A DNA stretch of 64,000 nucleotides, from NCBI GenBank assembly GCA_009103225.1, contig RHPI01001559.1:190274-254273 (forward strand), written 5' to 3'. Positions 13,911-26,594 of this stretch are shown one piece after another (positions within the stretch are counted from its first letter, which is position 1; the number at the start of each line of letters is the position of its first letter). Below the pieces are notes generated by a model that was given only the letters and a program-made list of their open reading frames with translations, was not told where the DNA came from and ran no database searches. The position numbers and the translations under genes are program-made. Origin of the DNA: Chlorokybus atmophyticus (Eukaryota; Plantae; Mesostigma and Chlorokybus algae).

Positions 13911-14859
13911 GCGAGTCTCTGTCTGTTTTCAACACAAGGACAACTTGTAGCTTGGCACGTGCCCCACAACTACGTGTTGCTTGCATCCGCGGCAAAATTG
14001 CAGCCAGCAGCAGCTTAGCTGTATGATATGTTCAACACATGACACAACATCCTTGGGTGGTGTGCCCTAACCAAGGGTAATGTAGTGGAAGATGTCGACT
14101 CGCTTGGCATTACACGTGGCGTCATGTATAATGTGCCGCCCGTGAGCACATCAACTTGCAGATTGTGGAAAATGATGTGTGCCGCGATTGATAAACATGC
14201 ATTCAATTGTTGATTATAATAAGCACTTGAGTTGAGACGGGGTGCAAAGGGGGGAGGATTGCGTGTGCGCGAGCATATACATGCACTGCTTGTGTAAAGA
14301 GCTCTCTTTTATTCAGGACCCCATGCGACACTGTACCAGAAGTGCGCACTGCGTTAAGCGATGACTATGCAATCGCGCAAGTTGAATGGAAGAGGTGCAT
14401 CGACACGGATGGATCACTTCCTGCGTAACATTTCGTGTTATGAGCACTTCGTCATCAGATTGCAATAAGATCGTACCTTTAAGCTTCAAATCACGTTATG
14501 ACCAATAGTATGGCATATGCTTCATGCCATGCAGCATCACACACATCTGCATTCCCACAAAATCACAGGCATAACCCAATGACAGATTATCTCATCATCC
14601 GCTAAAGAAAGGAGGTCAAATTATGAGGCGACTCTTGTGACATTGCAAAAATAACGTGTTATAGCTTGCTTGGTTTCAACGCCACACAAGCATGTGTCAT
14701 AACCACACCACCTGCAAACAATACTGAACTCTAAGTAATAATATTGTTACTTATAAAAGGATAAACTTGTTCATAATCCTATGCACGCTCGTCATTGCTG
14801 TCCGAGTCCCATTTTGCAAAGCAGACGGAAATCCGATCCCAGCCATGCTTAAAACTCGT

Positions 14860-14918
14860 CTTCGGTTGGAAGGAGGATAAAAATAGCTGCATTAGCTAAT
14901 TTTATCCTCCAACCGAAG
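14860..14918. repeat. Imperfect inverted repeat of about 25 bp
   Basis: CTTCGGTTGG(AAGG)AGGATAAAAATAGCT-gcatt-AGCTAATTTTATCCTCCAACCGAAG. Confidence 0.75.
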
Positions 14919-15836
14919 TAATTAACAAAACCTGACATAAACCCCACTCCTAGCCCTTAAACCGTGACCCTCAGTGCATCTTCTTTGCCGTTGTGCCAAT
15001 CGACATCGTAATGATGGTCATTGGATTTGCTATCCAAGAAGCATGCCATCTTGCCGTCTCTTTGTCGCACAACTTGCAGAAGCACATTGACATGCTAGAA
15101 CTTTCGATACACCTTGTGTCAGTGCGAAAAGCTCCATTTTTTTAAATGAATGAACAGGTCATGTAGCTACAGAACAAAAAACAGATGAAAATATTTAATT
15201 GGTTCAATGTCTTGTAGCTAACATGGATGATGCTCTTTCTTCCAACTTACTTGTTTTGCAGTCCTGTAGCCCACCCAACCCAATCAGGGGGAAGGTGTAC
15301 AGATACTCCTCTAACTTGGGCTGGTTGCCCATGGGTGTCAGGCACGCTTTTTCAATTAGTGCATATAATAGCTGGCATGCGGAGCCTAACTTCTCATGCA
15401 CTTAAGAAAGGCACACGCTGCTGGTGAAAGTGGTTCAAAATAGAGATAAATTAAGCATGCTACTGACTTTGCTGGCAACACGATTGCTCTGCGCATGTTA
15501 ATGGTTGCAAAGTGGCGCAAACATACCAGTGTTTGAGTGGTAGCGATTTGCATGTACACACTCGCAGCACGCATGCATGCACTCACATACGCACGTGTAC
15601 ATATGTGGGTGGTCTTAGTTAAGTTTTGCATGCAGTGTTTCGCATGACCGCAACATGTGCACAGCCAAGCCGCATGGCGTTTTGTTAGCTGTTATGTTGC
15701 ATATGTGTGGAACCCCTCCTGCACCTGATGACGATCAGGGAGCACGGCGCCGGCTGGCTTATGACAATCTACGCAATTCATCACTGTAATGTTCTTAGCC
15801 GCATCATGACGACTTCAATGACTTCGCTGGTCGTAT

Positions 15837-16347
15837 TGTCACAGCCCACTCGACCACAAAAGACTTGGTGCTTTTATGGTCGATTTGTGGTATTTTAATG
15901 TGCCTTCCCATTACATTCCCCCCACTTAAGAACGCTGACGTCCTCGGCAGCTGCCCGGTCAGCTGGGGCATTACCCAAGGGGTTTGTTAGGGTCGNCCAC
16001 ACCCACCCAAGGACCGGCTAATTTAGGCCCATACCGGTCAGCTTTCGCATAGCGCGTCGCTGCCGGCGCCACAGGTCGCGTCGCCGCGATAGGCCTGCCG
16101 CGCCGACTGAACTGGTCAGTTCGGTGCGACTGCCATTAGGCAAGTCGCGACCCATCGATGATGGCACTTATAAAGTGACCATTTACGATTATTGGATCGA
16201 GAAACAACGACCGCGGAATTCGTGTGCAAGGCAGGAATCGAACCCGGGTCTCAAGCTCCGATGACCAATGTCACAGCCCACTCGACCACAAAAGACTTGG
16301 TGCTTTTATGGTCGATTTGTGGTATTCTAATGTACCTTCCCGTTACA
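15837..16347 (-). mobile_element. TRIM (miniature LTR retrotransposon), 511 bp
   Basis: 79-bp LTRs at 15837-15915 and 16269-16347 (TGTCAC...TTACA, 3 differences); PBS-like TGGTCATCGGAGC (16267-16255); PPT AAGTGGGGGGAA (15927-15916); 5-bp TSD CGTAT/CGTGT. Confidence 0.9.
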
Positions 16348-16441
16348 CGTGTACTTTACCAATGCGGAAAGAGCAAAATCAAGTCGGATGCATCTCAATC
16401 GCAATTAAAACAAAAAAAAACAAGTTTAAAAGTGTTCCATT

Positions 16442-16795
16442 TTACACCACATGCTTCGCTTGTCTACTCTCGGCTTGCACCTCGATTATCTTTTTTAAAA
16501 AGGAGCGAATATATCCTGGTGCGTTTTCGGCGTGCATTACAGCCTTGATCTCTTCACAATCCATCAGTTTGACAAAGCATAACTTATAGAATTCGGGTCT
16601 TTCTGCTTCCACGGACGCGAAATGTGTGCCGCCATCATCCTTGTGGATTGCGCCGTAAGCGGCGATATACCTCCTCACCCAGTGTTTGAGATGCACACGA
16701 GCGGCGACAACTTCGTATGGAACGCCTTCTATCGATGGGCATGGCGCAGTAATAATCTTGTCCCATGCATCGGCGTCCTGTAAGAAATCCACCAT
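16442..16795 (-). CDS. Intronless 117-aa orphan ORF inside the intronic insertion
   Basis: ATG-to-stop ORF MVDFLQDADAWDKIITAPCPSIEGVPYEVVAARVHLKHWVRRY... with protein-like composition and none of the local TGCA low-complexity. No family recognised. Confidence 0.45.
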   Translation of the reverse strand: MVDFLQDADAWDKIITAPCPSIEGVPYEVVAARVHLKHWVRRYIAAYGAIHKDDGGTHFASVEAERPEFYKLCFVKLMDCEEIKAVMHAENAPGYIRSFLKKIIEVQAESRQAKHVV

Positions 16796-17559
16796 ATTGA
16801 TACGCTATGGTGGTCATTGAGGACAATAATAACAACAACAACAATAACGGAAAGAGAATCTGAACTGTCAACAATGCTCGTTCTGAAAGTATCCCGGCTC
16901 GCAACAACCGTGCAGGACCTCGGAATGGTGCTAGAAACAACGCGAAGAGCCATGATAATAATAACACGAGGACAACGTCGTAACAGTAGAGCTTACGAAG
17001 AAACATAGATCGAATAAAGAGGGTTAACCTACAGCACGCTCAGGCATGCGCACAAATGCATTCTGAATGTTGACAAGCATGCACACCCAACCAACAGACA
17101 TCATGTGATATCATGACTAATAAGAGTTCACAACTGCGAGCTACTCAGCTAGCGAGGTAGTATGTATGTTATGCTGCACCTCACATTGTAGACACTCTGA
17201 CGCTGAAGCAAAAAATGAAAACAGAAAAGACAGAGATCACCACATTATGACCTTTCAACACTCGATAACTGAACGCAACTGCCAACATAGCGCAAAAGCG
17301 AAATTGGTCATCACACAATTCTCTATTTAGCGTATACACCTGTACTATTCTGCCTACCTGTACTATTCTGTGTACACACCTGCTTGAGTCTTTCCCGTAA
17401 AGCCGCCTGACGCCAGGCGCGGCAGACGCAGGCGCAACGCGCCAGCTCACGCCCGCCCAGCCGAGACAACACCTCCCCGACCAGCTCGCTGGCCAGGAGG
17501 TCCATGGCCGCCGCCGCCGCCGCCGCCGTTGACAACGACAGCAACACGCCGCTTGATGC

Positions 17560-19060
17560 GCGTGGCCTAAGTGAGGTTGCACGCCGCTTTGACGCTGTCT
17601 GACGTGGCCGGGCAACGCGTCACCCTTGCTGTCGTCACTGCATGACGTGACCTCATGGATATCCGTGTGGCCTTCGATTTGTATTACGATAAATCGGCGC
17701 GCTCGGTACCGTTTCAGGAGGGCGGAAGCGTGAGCAGTCCTGATGAGGGACCAGTCCTGCTGCGGCGATTGCATCAAGCCTGCTGCTATAGTTAGCCTGT
17801 CTGCTGCAGAGCCTCTGCACTACAACTGTGCGTGCATACGTGCATGCCTGTAGCGATGATGGCACGCTGCTTGCGGTAACCAGTGGACCATAAGCAGCTG
17901 CACATGCACCGGTGCATGTGCAACTGCTTACCGTCCACTGGTTGACTAATCATCAAGGCACATGTAGCCAAAGCTGTTCATCTGTTGCTTGCATGAAGTA
18001 AACGCACACATTGCATCGCAGCGAGAGTGCACTGCGTGTACACTGCAGCTTGTGGCTACGCCAAGACACGCAGTAACCCCCTGTCATAACCCAACTGCGT
18101 GCGTGTCTTGTTAGCGAGTAACAACGAAGCAACATCAAGGTATCTTTGTGTGACCGGTTTAGACATGACAGCTTGTTGACAAACCTCTCTCGAAGATAGG
18201 AGCATGTGGGTACTAACCATCCTGTTGATGGGGGCCCATCAACAAGCATCCAATTGGTTGCTGGAGCTCATTGCTGCCATTGTAAACTTCCTGATGGCAG
18301 AGCAAGGATTAAACTCCCATCGTTACATCTTTTGAGCGTGAAGCTGCCAGCCAAGGCAACGGTCACGTGTTCAACAAGTTATAACAGCAGTATTTACTGC
18401 TGAGCGTCGCAACAACCGGTTTGTTGACTGTGAGTATGCTGTAAGGTACAGCTGGCGCCTGATTTTGCCATCTTACAGGCGTGGTTGAAAATATGCCTAT
18501 ACCATGGATTCCATAAGCAGCAAACAAGTTCCAAAAGCACCTCAGCATCCAGTAGATGAACTCAGCCATGCATGCAGCTTGTAGAACTTCGCCCCACCAC
18601 GCATCCATGCTTGGAACCCCACTGAGACTGCGTCAGTGTACCATAGCGTCGCCCACCGCAGCCATGTGCGAGACATAGACACACGAATGCACGTACATGT
18701 ATGCCCATGCCCACCCATGCGTGCACACACCTGCACTTACACGTCGCATGTAGGTGCGTGTGGCTTGCATGCACTCATGCACGAGCACGCACGCACACAT
18801 ATTGCCAACTCGCTGACTTGTTGCCATGAAGTATCCCTAAGGTGGATGTTGTAGCTGGGGTGAGACGGCCTCAGCTCCCTCCAGCAGTGCTCGTATGCGT
18901 GCATCCGCCCCACCTCTCACCACCACCACAACCAAGCAGTCTCTCCTACAGCTGCTGGACGCCCTCACTCTCACCTGACACAGCTGGCAGATGTGGGACA
19001 ACTTAACAACAGTCGTTCCTCAGTTGTGACCAGCAAACCAACATGCACATCATGATGTGG
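17560..19060 (-). pseudogene. Degenerate exon-like remnants of an unknown gene, paralogous to 20950-22050
   Basis: Shared segments, e.g. 18380-18560 vs 21340-21560 and 18880-19060 vs 21830-22050 (SSCxxDCLVVVxRG..DARxRALLxxAEAVS), with stops and frameshifts. Confidence 0.45.
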
Positions 19061-19241
19061 AGTGACCAACAGGACTCAGATGACATCTGCGCAAGCTTGC
19101 GTCCCAGACAACGCGCTGGGATGGGCATTGGCTTTCTATGCAGCATTAATGGCATGCTCCATACACCTGGATCGTACTGCAACACATACACTGGACCTAC
19201 AGCTGATTATAACATGACACCAGGTTACATGTAGGCGATAG

Positions 19242-20865
19242 TCAACACCAAGTAACGACATTGCTGGCCAAAAAGTTGTTGAGTCGCTGCGGAGAGAACT
19301 CATCACCCTCTTAATGGTCCGTTAAGCGAGTGTACGCCCGATCAAGCTTTGTTACCAACTCGCCTTCTCCGGGTGATGGAAAGAAATCCACCGAGCAGTA
19401 GCTGGTTGAAGTTGCACCAAACTCCACATCGGGCCCACTGACAGTGATATGGACGTTGCCATCGTCCATCTCATTAACATCCCAACCACCAAATGGATCT
19501 TGTCTGACAATATCTGCATTGCCATCAAGCAAGCATGCCATCTTCTTATCTCTGCACAACTTGCACCACAACCGCGACATGATCACCGAGGTCATATGGG
19601 TCTTTCAACGGCAGGCAGCAGTTTGAAAAGGTCAGGACTAGTGAGTGTAGCTGCATAGCAGAAGACGGTAAAAACCCTCTGTTCAGTTCGACACATCTTG
19701 CAACCAACATGGATGTTGTTGCTTTCTCCTGGCTTACCTGTTCTGAGGTGTCCCAGTAGGTGTATCCATCCACCGTTACAGTGATGGTGAACAGGTAGTC
19801 CTTCAACGCAGCTTTTCGGTTGATGATGCCCAGGGGCGCCAGGCGTGCGTTTTGGAATTATGCATACAACCGCTGGTATCCAGTGCCTACCTTCTCATGC
19901 ACCTACGACAGCACACCCTGAGCTGGTCAAGTTGGTACAAGAGGGGCTTCACCATTCACATGTCTCAACAACGGTTATTGTTGAGCAACGTGAAGCTATA
20001 TAACTCAACTTCGACTCAATATGTAATGTGCATATATTCCAGCAGATTTTGAAGCATGGCTTCACATGTCTCAATAACAACAACCGTGGTTGTTAAGATA
20101 CGTTGCTGCAATACACAATGCATTTGGAGTCAGAGTTGAGTTAGACTGGACTGTTGGAGACTGAACGCTTCATACTGCAGTTGCATTGCTGTTGTTGAAC
20201 CTTAACAACGGCCTTGAATATGGTAGTTTGCACGCACACACGCTATGTGCATAGTACACATCATCGCAAGCAGGCATGCACGTGCACAGAGAGCCAAGCC
20301 TCAAATCGTAATATGAGCGTTCGCTGTTGCGTTTACGTGTGCTGAGTATACGTAGGCACGCATGCATACAAGCTCAGTTGTGCGTGCACATGCACGTTCA
20401 CAAGCATGCATGTTTATCATGATCATCATGCCATGACGGTCATGGCGCAGAACAGCTGACTTGATGTACATGCTGCTTGAGCTAAGCGAGCTAAATCGCA
20501 TGCGCGCGGTTCACGCTACTTGCGCTAAGCAGTATGTACATCAGAGTCATGCAACACTACCTCACATTGTGGACGCTGTGACCCTGAAGCAGACGGCCGT
20601 CAAGCTTAACGCACCACGAAACACGCACTTGGCCTGCTCGTTCTCACCACATTGCTTTGATGACTGAACGCTTTTGGCAAATAAGTTACTGTCATACCTC
20701 CTCGACCACAGGGTAGTTCTCCTGGCAGAGCTTCCGCCAGAGTGTCTCCTGCTGCGCCACCCACCGCCGGGCGCGGCAGACGCAGGCGCAACGAGCCAGC
20801 TGGCGTCCTTCCAACCGAGACAACACCTCATCAATCAGCAGCTCGCTGGCTAAGAGGCCATCCAT
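19242..20865 (-). pseudogene. F-box family paralog C, pseudogene
   Basis: MDGLLASELLIDEVLSRLEGRQLARCACVCRAR...; exon 2 GYQRLYA followed by TAA where paralogs have CAA; exon 3 frameshifted at VVQR/DKKMACLLD and with an in-frame stop before EFSPQ...NVVTWC. Confidence 0.85.
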
Positions 20866-20949
20866 GGTGGCGCCACCGCCACCGCCACCGCCGCCTATGG
20901 TAACAGCAGTGCTGAGAAGCCTAAGCATGCACTTGTGAGCTTGCATGTA

Positions 20950-22050
20950 CACAAGCGAGCATGTAGTTGAGCACAACAGCAGAGGTGGCAAGCAGGCAGT
21001 GGCGGCATGGTAGAGCAGAGGTTGATGTGATGTGACAGCTGTTGGCACTGCGTCAAGAGCTGGAGGAGGGCAAGCGCGAGCAGCTTTGAGGGACCAATCC
21101 TGCTGTGGCGAACAAGCATAGCATGCAGTAGCTCTAGCAATTGATTAAATGCGTTTTCTGCTGCCGTAACGTCCTGATGGCAGGGCAAGAGCTGTTGACT
21201 TTAAGCTGCCATTCCGTCCGTGAGTGTGAGGCTGGCAGCCAGGGCATGCACGTGAGTGAGTGCTGTTGTGCCATGTGCTATGAACACTGAAGCAAGCTGC
21301 ATGCGCCACTGTCACAACAAACACCACATGTGAACCAGTTGTTACTGCTAGGCGCCGCCACAACCGGTTTGTGCATGCAGACGCGAATAAAACTAGAGGC
21401 CAGCTGTACCTAACAGCAACTTGCACTGTGTTTGAAACACACAGTGCATACCGATTGGCACTATGAGGTTCCTGAGGTACAGCTGGCGCCTATTTTTGCC
21501 ATCCAATCTGATACCATAACCCCCAGCAAACAAGGTAGCAAGCACCATGAGTGCTGGGCATCCGTAGATGACCTCAGCCATGCACGCAGCTCGTATAGTC
21601 GCACCCTGCCGGCAACACGCGTCATCTATGCCTTGGTTGAGACTGCAGCATCTGTTCCATGGAGTTGCCGACCGCAGCTATGCAACTGTGCAAGCCATAA
21701 ACACACAGACGCACGATACGCACATTCGCATGCGTGTGCATACACAACTGCACGCACACGCACACATTGCTGATTAGCAATGTTAGCATCTCAAGTTGAA
21801 CTCGCTGACTGGTTCCCATGCATCCACTGGCACACTCAGGTGCTGCAATGTTGCAGCCGGCCTGGAGACAGCCTCAGCTTCCTTCAGCAGTGCTCGCATG
21901 CGTGCATCGTCTTACCTCTGGCCACCACCACCAAGCAGTCCTTAGTGCAGCTGGACGCCCGGCCCGGGCCCTCAGGGGCCCTCATTCCCTCCGAGCAGAT
22001 GTGAGACAACATATCAACATTTCATGCTAAGTTGTGACCCGCCGACCAAC
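20950..22050 (-). pseudogene. Second copy of the degenerate unknown-gene remnants
   Basis: Paralogous to 17560-19060, e.g. MAEVIYGCPALMVLATLFAGGYGIRLDGKNRRQLYL vs MAEFIYWMLRCFWNLFAAYGI. Confidence 0.4.
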
Positions 22051-22920
22051 GCACTGCTGACTTCTTCGACGTGACGCGCGATGTTTACCATGTGCTGATC
22101 AGGCTTGTAGCTAGCATAGAGCGGCTTTCTGAGCTTATCGGGCAATCGGCAATATTGATGCTGACTGACTCAGTATCCTGACTATATGTTTACCCTTGGC
22201 GCTGGAAGACACATGGAAGTGCCCACTCTACTCAAGGCTTGCTATCACACAGTCTCAATGTGGCAGCATTGCATGGGCGCGCACAGCAAGATTCTGCAAG
22301 AAAATGGTTTCATCTTGCTTCGAGCGACAAGCACGCGTGCGTGCGCCCACATATACGTCACATGCGCTCACGAGCATACCCACACACCCACACGAGCACA
22401 CGTGCACAACCACCAACACATGCGCACAAGCTTTTACACACGCCATACTCGGACACAAGCACATGCATTTGCAAATGTTGGGTCGATGTGCTCGACCACG
22501 CACAGCATTAGGTAAATAACGCATGCACAAGCAATGGCTGTAGTGCTTGGCTAGCATGGTCGGTCACTTTCATTGACCTGACATGCATGCAAGGCGTGTT
22601 CCCAGTGACATTACTACCTTTGGCGCACTGAGCACACTCCCCTCCGTGTTGTACTGTTAAATGAGTCACATGATTGTGCGCATGATGTTGGTCTGATGTC
22701 GTAACTTCAGAAAACACATTGTGATGTCGACTCCTACAAGCACTTTCGTAGCAGCACACAAACAACCCGAGCTTCGTAACATGCACTGCGTGTTTGCAAT
22801 CCATGCCAGTACCAATCATTCGTTGCGTAATAGAGTTGCACTGCCTTGCGTAGATATAACATCACGAAGCAAGGTGAGTTGCTTGACGGGATGTTGCGCA
22901 AGTTGTCATGCTACAGCTAT

Positions 22921-24424
22921 TTATGTCAAGACACCAGACTGCGCAAGCAACAGTCCACACCAAGTGATGTGCTTGCTGGCGAACAAGTCATCGAGTTGCT
23001 GTGGGGAGAACTGCTTAGTGAAGTGGTCGTCTGAACAGCGAACAAACACCCGATCAACCTGTTTTTCCAACTCGCTGTGGCCAGGTAACCTCAAGCCAGA
23101 AACCACGCAGCAGCAGACGATAGCTGAACCAAGCTCCACATTGGGCCCCAGAGCAGCAACCAACACTTCATCATCGTTCGACCTGGTTGTATCCCAACCA
23201 AAAACAATTTCGTTGCTTTCATCAGCATATGCACGGGTGTTGAGCAATGCTATCTTGCCGTCTCTGCACCGCACAACTTGCACCACAACATCAACATGGT
23301 CAGCAAGGTCAAGTGGCCTTCTCAGCAGCAGGCGGCAGTCTTCAAGAGACATGGCCAGCAAGTGTAGCTGCACAACAGAAGATAGGCAAACACTATTGAG
23401 TTCCACATGTCTTGCGCCCAACATGGATGCTGTTTTTCTTCTCTTGCCTTACCTGCTCTGCAGTATTGCAGTGAACAGCTTGATCCACCCATAAAGTGAT
23501 GGTGAACAGGTAGTCCTCTTATACAGGTTGACGGTTGCTTATGGGAGCCAAGCCTGCGCTGTGACATTGTGCATACAACCGCTGGTATCCAGTGCCAATC
23601 TGCTCATGCACCTGAGAGAGGCACACTCTGGTCAGTTTAATCTCACAAAGGTCGATGTTAAGACACTCAACACCATGCATGCTGCTACCTTTGCTGGACA
23701 ATTAGTGTGCACATTGCACATTAGTGTGCATATTGGCAGTTGACTCCTGAAGGCAACTGTACTGCTGAAAGGTGGTAGCCATTTGCACGCATGCACCCAC
23801 ACATGTGTTCCAGGTCAACTTGTTCAACGCACGCGCTGCACACAACTGCAACATAACAGTCAACACACACAGAGTCAAGCCCCGTCAAGTTCTTGATGGG
23901 TGTTGGCTGCTATGCTGCGGTTGTGTGGAATCCTTGCGTGAAGATATGAACTGGAGCACGTGCAGGCACACATGCATACAGGACCGGTTGCATGCAACTG
24001 TACGTCCATAAGCATGCACAACCAACCTGATGTTGCACGTGCGATGTCATGGCTAAGAACCGCTTACATGACCTGCATACTACTCAGCTAAGTAGCACTT
24101 ATACATGGCATGTAGGGCATCCTGCAATATCCCACATTGCGTAACCTCTGAATCATGAGCCAAACGACGCCATGCCAAGCATTCGGACTTTGCTTCTCTC
24201 TCTCACAACAGGGTGACTGGATGTTAAGCTAGCCAAAGCCAACACATTGGTCATCAAACCTTCGCGGCCACAAAGTAGTGCTGCAGGCAGAGACTCTTCC
24301 ACAGCGCCTCCTGCTGCGCCGCCCGCCGCCAGGCGCGGCAGACACAGGCGCACCTCGCCAGCTCGCGTCCGCCCAGCCGAGAGAACACCTCATCAACCAG
24401 CAGCTCGCTGACCAGGACGTCCAT
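22921..24424 (-). pseudogene. F-box family paralog D
   Basis: Intact exon 1 MDVLVSELLVDEVFSRLGGRELARCACVCRAWRRAAQQEALWKSLC; exon 2 has NRQPV-TAA where copy E has TTA; exon 3 DHVDVVVQVVRCRDGKIALLNT...FSPQQLDDLFASKHITWC with the family stop changed to GGA. Confidence 0.85.
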
Positions 24425-24499
24425 GGCGGCGCCACCGCCGCCGCCGCCGCTGTCACATCAGCAAGCAGCAGCAGCAGCATGCAGACACAACAAGTGCTA

Positions 24500-24650
24500 A
24501 GCTTAGGTGAGAGTGACAGCGCTTGGTTCAGCCGCATGCTGGCGGCGGCGGCATGCAGTGTATGTGCTTCAGTAGTTGTGGCGCTGCTGGAAAGTGCTCT
24601 AAGAGTTAAGGTCTATGCAAGGCGCGCAAGCAGCGGCTGCCTTCAAGCTT
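24500..24650 (-). promoter_or_regulatory. Conserved non-coding block upstream of F-box ATGs
   Basis: CTTGGTTCAGC(C/G)GCA..GCGGCGG(C/A)ATGCAGTG.ATGTGCTTCA...GTGGCGCTGCTGGA recurs at about 24520, 53715, 58390 and, inverted, 62350-62435, always in the same position relative to an F-box start. Function inferred. Confidence 0.5.
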
Positions 24651-26594
24651 CTTGACTGCTGCACTGCCAATCGAAATGCGTGCCTGCGTGTCGTTCAAGT
24701 AAGCGTCATTAAGGGCATGCAAGCTACTGCTCTTGCTAGTTGCACAAGCACAAACCAGCACCGTAACTGCAGCCATTGGTTAGCGCAGCAACGGATGCTT
24801 ATTGCCTCCTTTTACAAGCAAAGTGACTTACCGAGAGGCTCCCTAAGCGAGCTACATGGTGTCTGTGTGATTTGGCACACGATAGTAAGCAGCGAAGGGG
24901 CACCAAGAACCTGCCTTGAGTGACTGCGCTTGCCCCTGACGCAATGCATGTGCTGGGAGGCATTATCGACCACCTGCTTACTGCTGTGTACGACGCTGCG
25001 AAGGAACGCATGTCCATCCACGATACAGATGATCTGCAATCTATGCACGTCTTAGTGTTGCTTTTGTGTTCAACACGAAAGCCACGTGCTCACAAGCAGA
25101 TGTGCACAGGCCAAATGCATGTAAGACGATTTTACGGGTTTCGCACTTCAAGGCACCCACAAGCACAGTAGATTTCTTCCTGTCCAACCACTCCTTTCAG
25201 ATGGTGGAGAACGTGCACACGGCTTGACGTTGAAGAACCATGCATGGTCCTTTCACGGACCCCGCGGACCATGCATGATCCGTACTTCGCGGGCCACGAC
25301 TGCCTGGTCCGCGGGGGACGGACCGTTCCTGGTCCATTCGGGGCTCCGCGGCCCGTGAGTGGCTGGCGCGGCGACGCGCACCACGCATGGTTCGTGCCGC
25401 ACCATCCATGGTGCGGCACGGACCAGTAATGTACGCTGGCCCTTGAATGTGGACCAGGTGCGGTCCCGCAGTCCTGCGGCCCTACTACAGTAGCACGCAC
25501 CGTACATGGTGCCGCACGGTCCGCGCCGCATCATGTACGGTGCAGCACGGACCGTGACCGCGGCCCTGCCGCTATCATGAGTAGGTAGCAACAACCTACG
25601 TAAGGTACAATAGATTGCCTAAATGCCTGATTGCACAAGTGCACTTAACGTGTTACTTGACAAGCTGCACCGACTGTCGGCTATACACCCGTGGACAGCC
25701 GCAAGTGGATAGCCGCAAATGGTCGGCGGCTGACTGACAGCCAGCCGGCTGTCAATTAAGCTGTAAGCGGCTGTCTATGCAATCAACATACTTCATAGTA
25801 CTGTACGTATATTTGCAAAAGTTTGTGGACATGCACCATTAACATGTTCTATGCGTTTATTCAAGTATCTACGTATATATAAACATTGTACATGTTCATG
25901 TGTATACGTAATGCATTTTATACATGTTATATAGTACATATAAATGTTAGCGTGTGCACAAATGGATCTAATCTTATACGCATAGATACGCAGGTTTAAT
26001 TGTTATATCAATAGTATTTAGGTTGAGCCGTTTACAGGTATGTCTCATATAATATACGTACAAGAAATATACATAATAAATGTCACTTATTATTATAGCC
26101 TCTTATGAGACCGCAGAATGATTGACAGCCCCGACCAAGCATTGTGTCCAACCAGCCAGTAAATACCTACGTTGGTGCCGCAATGCGGTTTTAAAATCTA
26201 TACCATGCAAACATAAATACACGTTTAAATGCTATAAATACTACATACACGAATGCTTACATATATACACATGTAGATGTGTGTATGCGTACGCAAGCAA
26301 GATGTTGACAACCCCTAATAAGGTTACATACTCATGGACAGCCCCCAACAAAGCATTGTAGTTTACAAACCTTGGCAGCCGCCGAGTTCTCGGCGGCTGT
26401 CTGTGTCATCAATAATGACCTAATCTACCGTTGGTACAGCCTATGCACATTGATAGCGCATGCACTGCCTATGGGCCTGTCAATTCACAACGCCGACTTC
26501 CTGTGCAATTTCCGCTGCCGACAGTCGCCAAGCGGCCGTCGGTACAGTCTATAACGCAAGTACTACGTTGACTTTACTGATACGTGCACATGTA

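Larger units (their letters stand above)
15747..17032. mobile_element. 1.29-kb insertion in F-box B intron 1, flanked by the 6-bp direct repeat AGCACG, no TIRs
   Basis: AGCACG at 15741-15746 and 17033-17038. Both flanks rejoin to match the paralogous intron (GGAGCACGTGCAGGCAC at about 23950 and 53150). Confidence 0.65.
14950..17505 (-). pseudogene. F-box family paralog B, truncated, with an insertion in intron 1
   Basis: Exon 1 MDLLASELVGEVLSRLGGRELARCACVCRAWRQAA (17505 to about 17380, shortened). Exon 2 HEKLGSACQLLYA...LEEYLYT (about 15400-15210). Exon 3 with QVVRQRDGKMACFLD breaks off near 14950. Confidence 0.75.
22755..24931. repeat. About 2.2-kb segmental duplication, direct, with about 51960-54178
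   Basis: Long near-identical exon, intron and upstream sequence; homology ends sharply at GTGACTGCGCTT (24931 / 54178). Confidence 0.9.

Noticed and set aside
25216-25260. Helitron or Replitron 3' hairpin end
   Set aside because: The palindrome occurs at both ends in inverted orientation with 3-bp TSDs, which indicates a TIR element.
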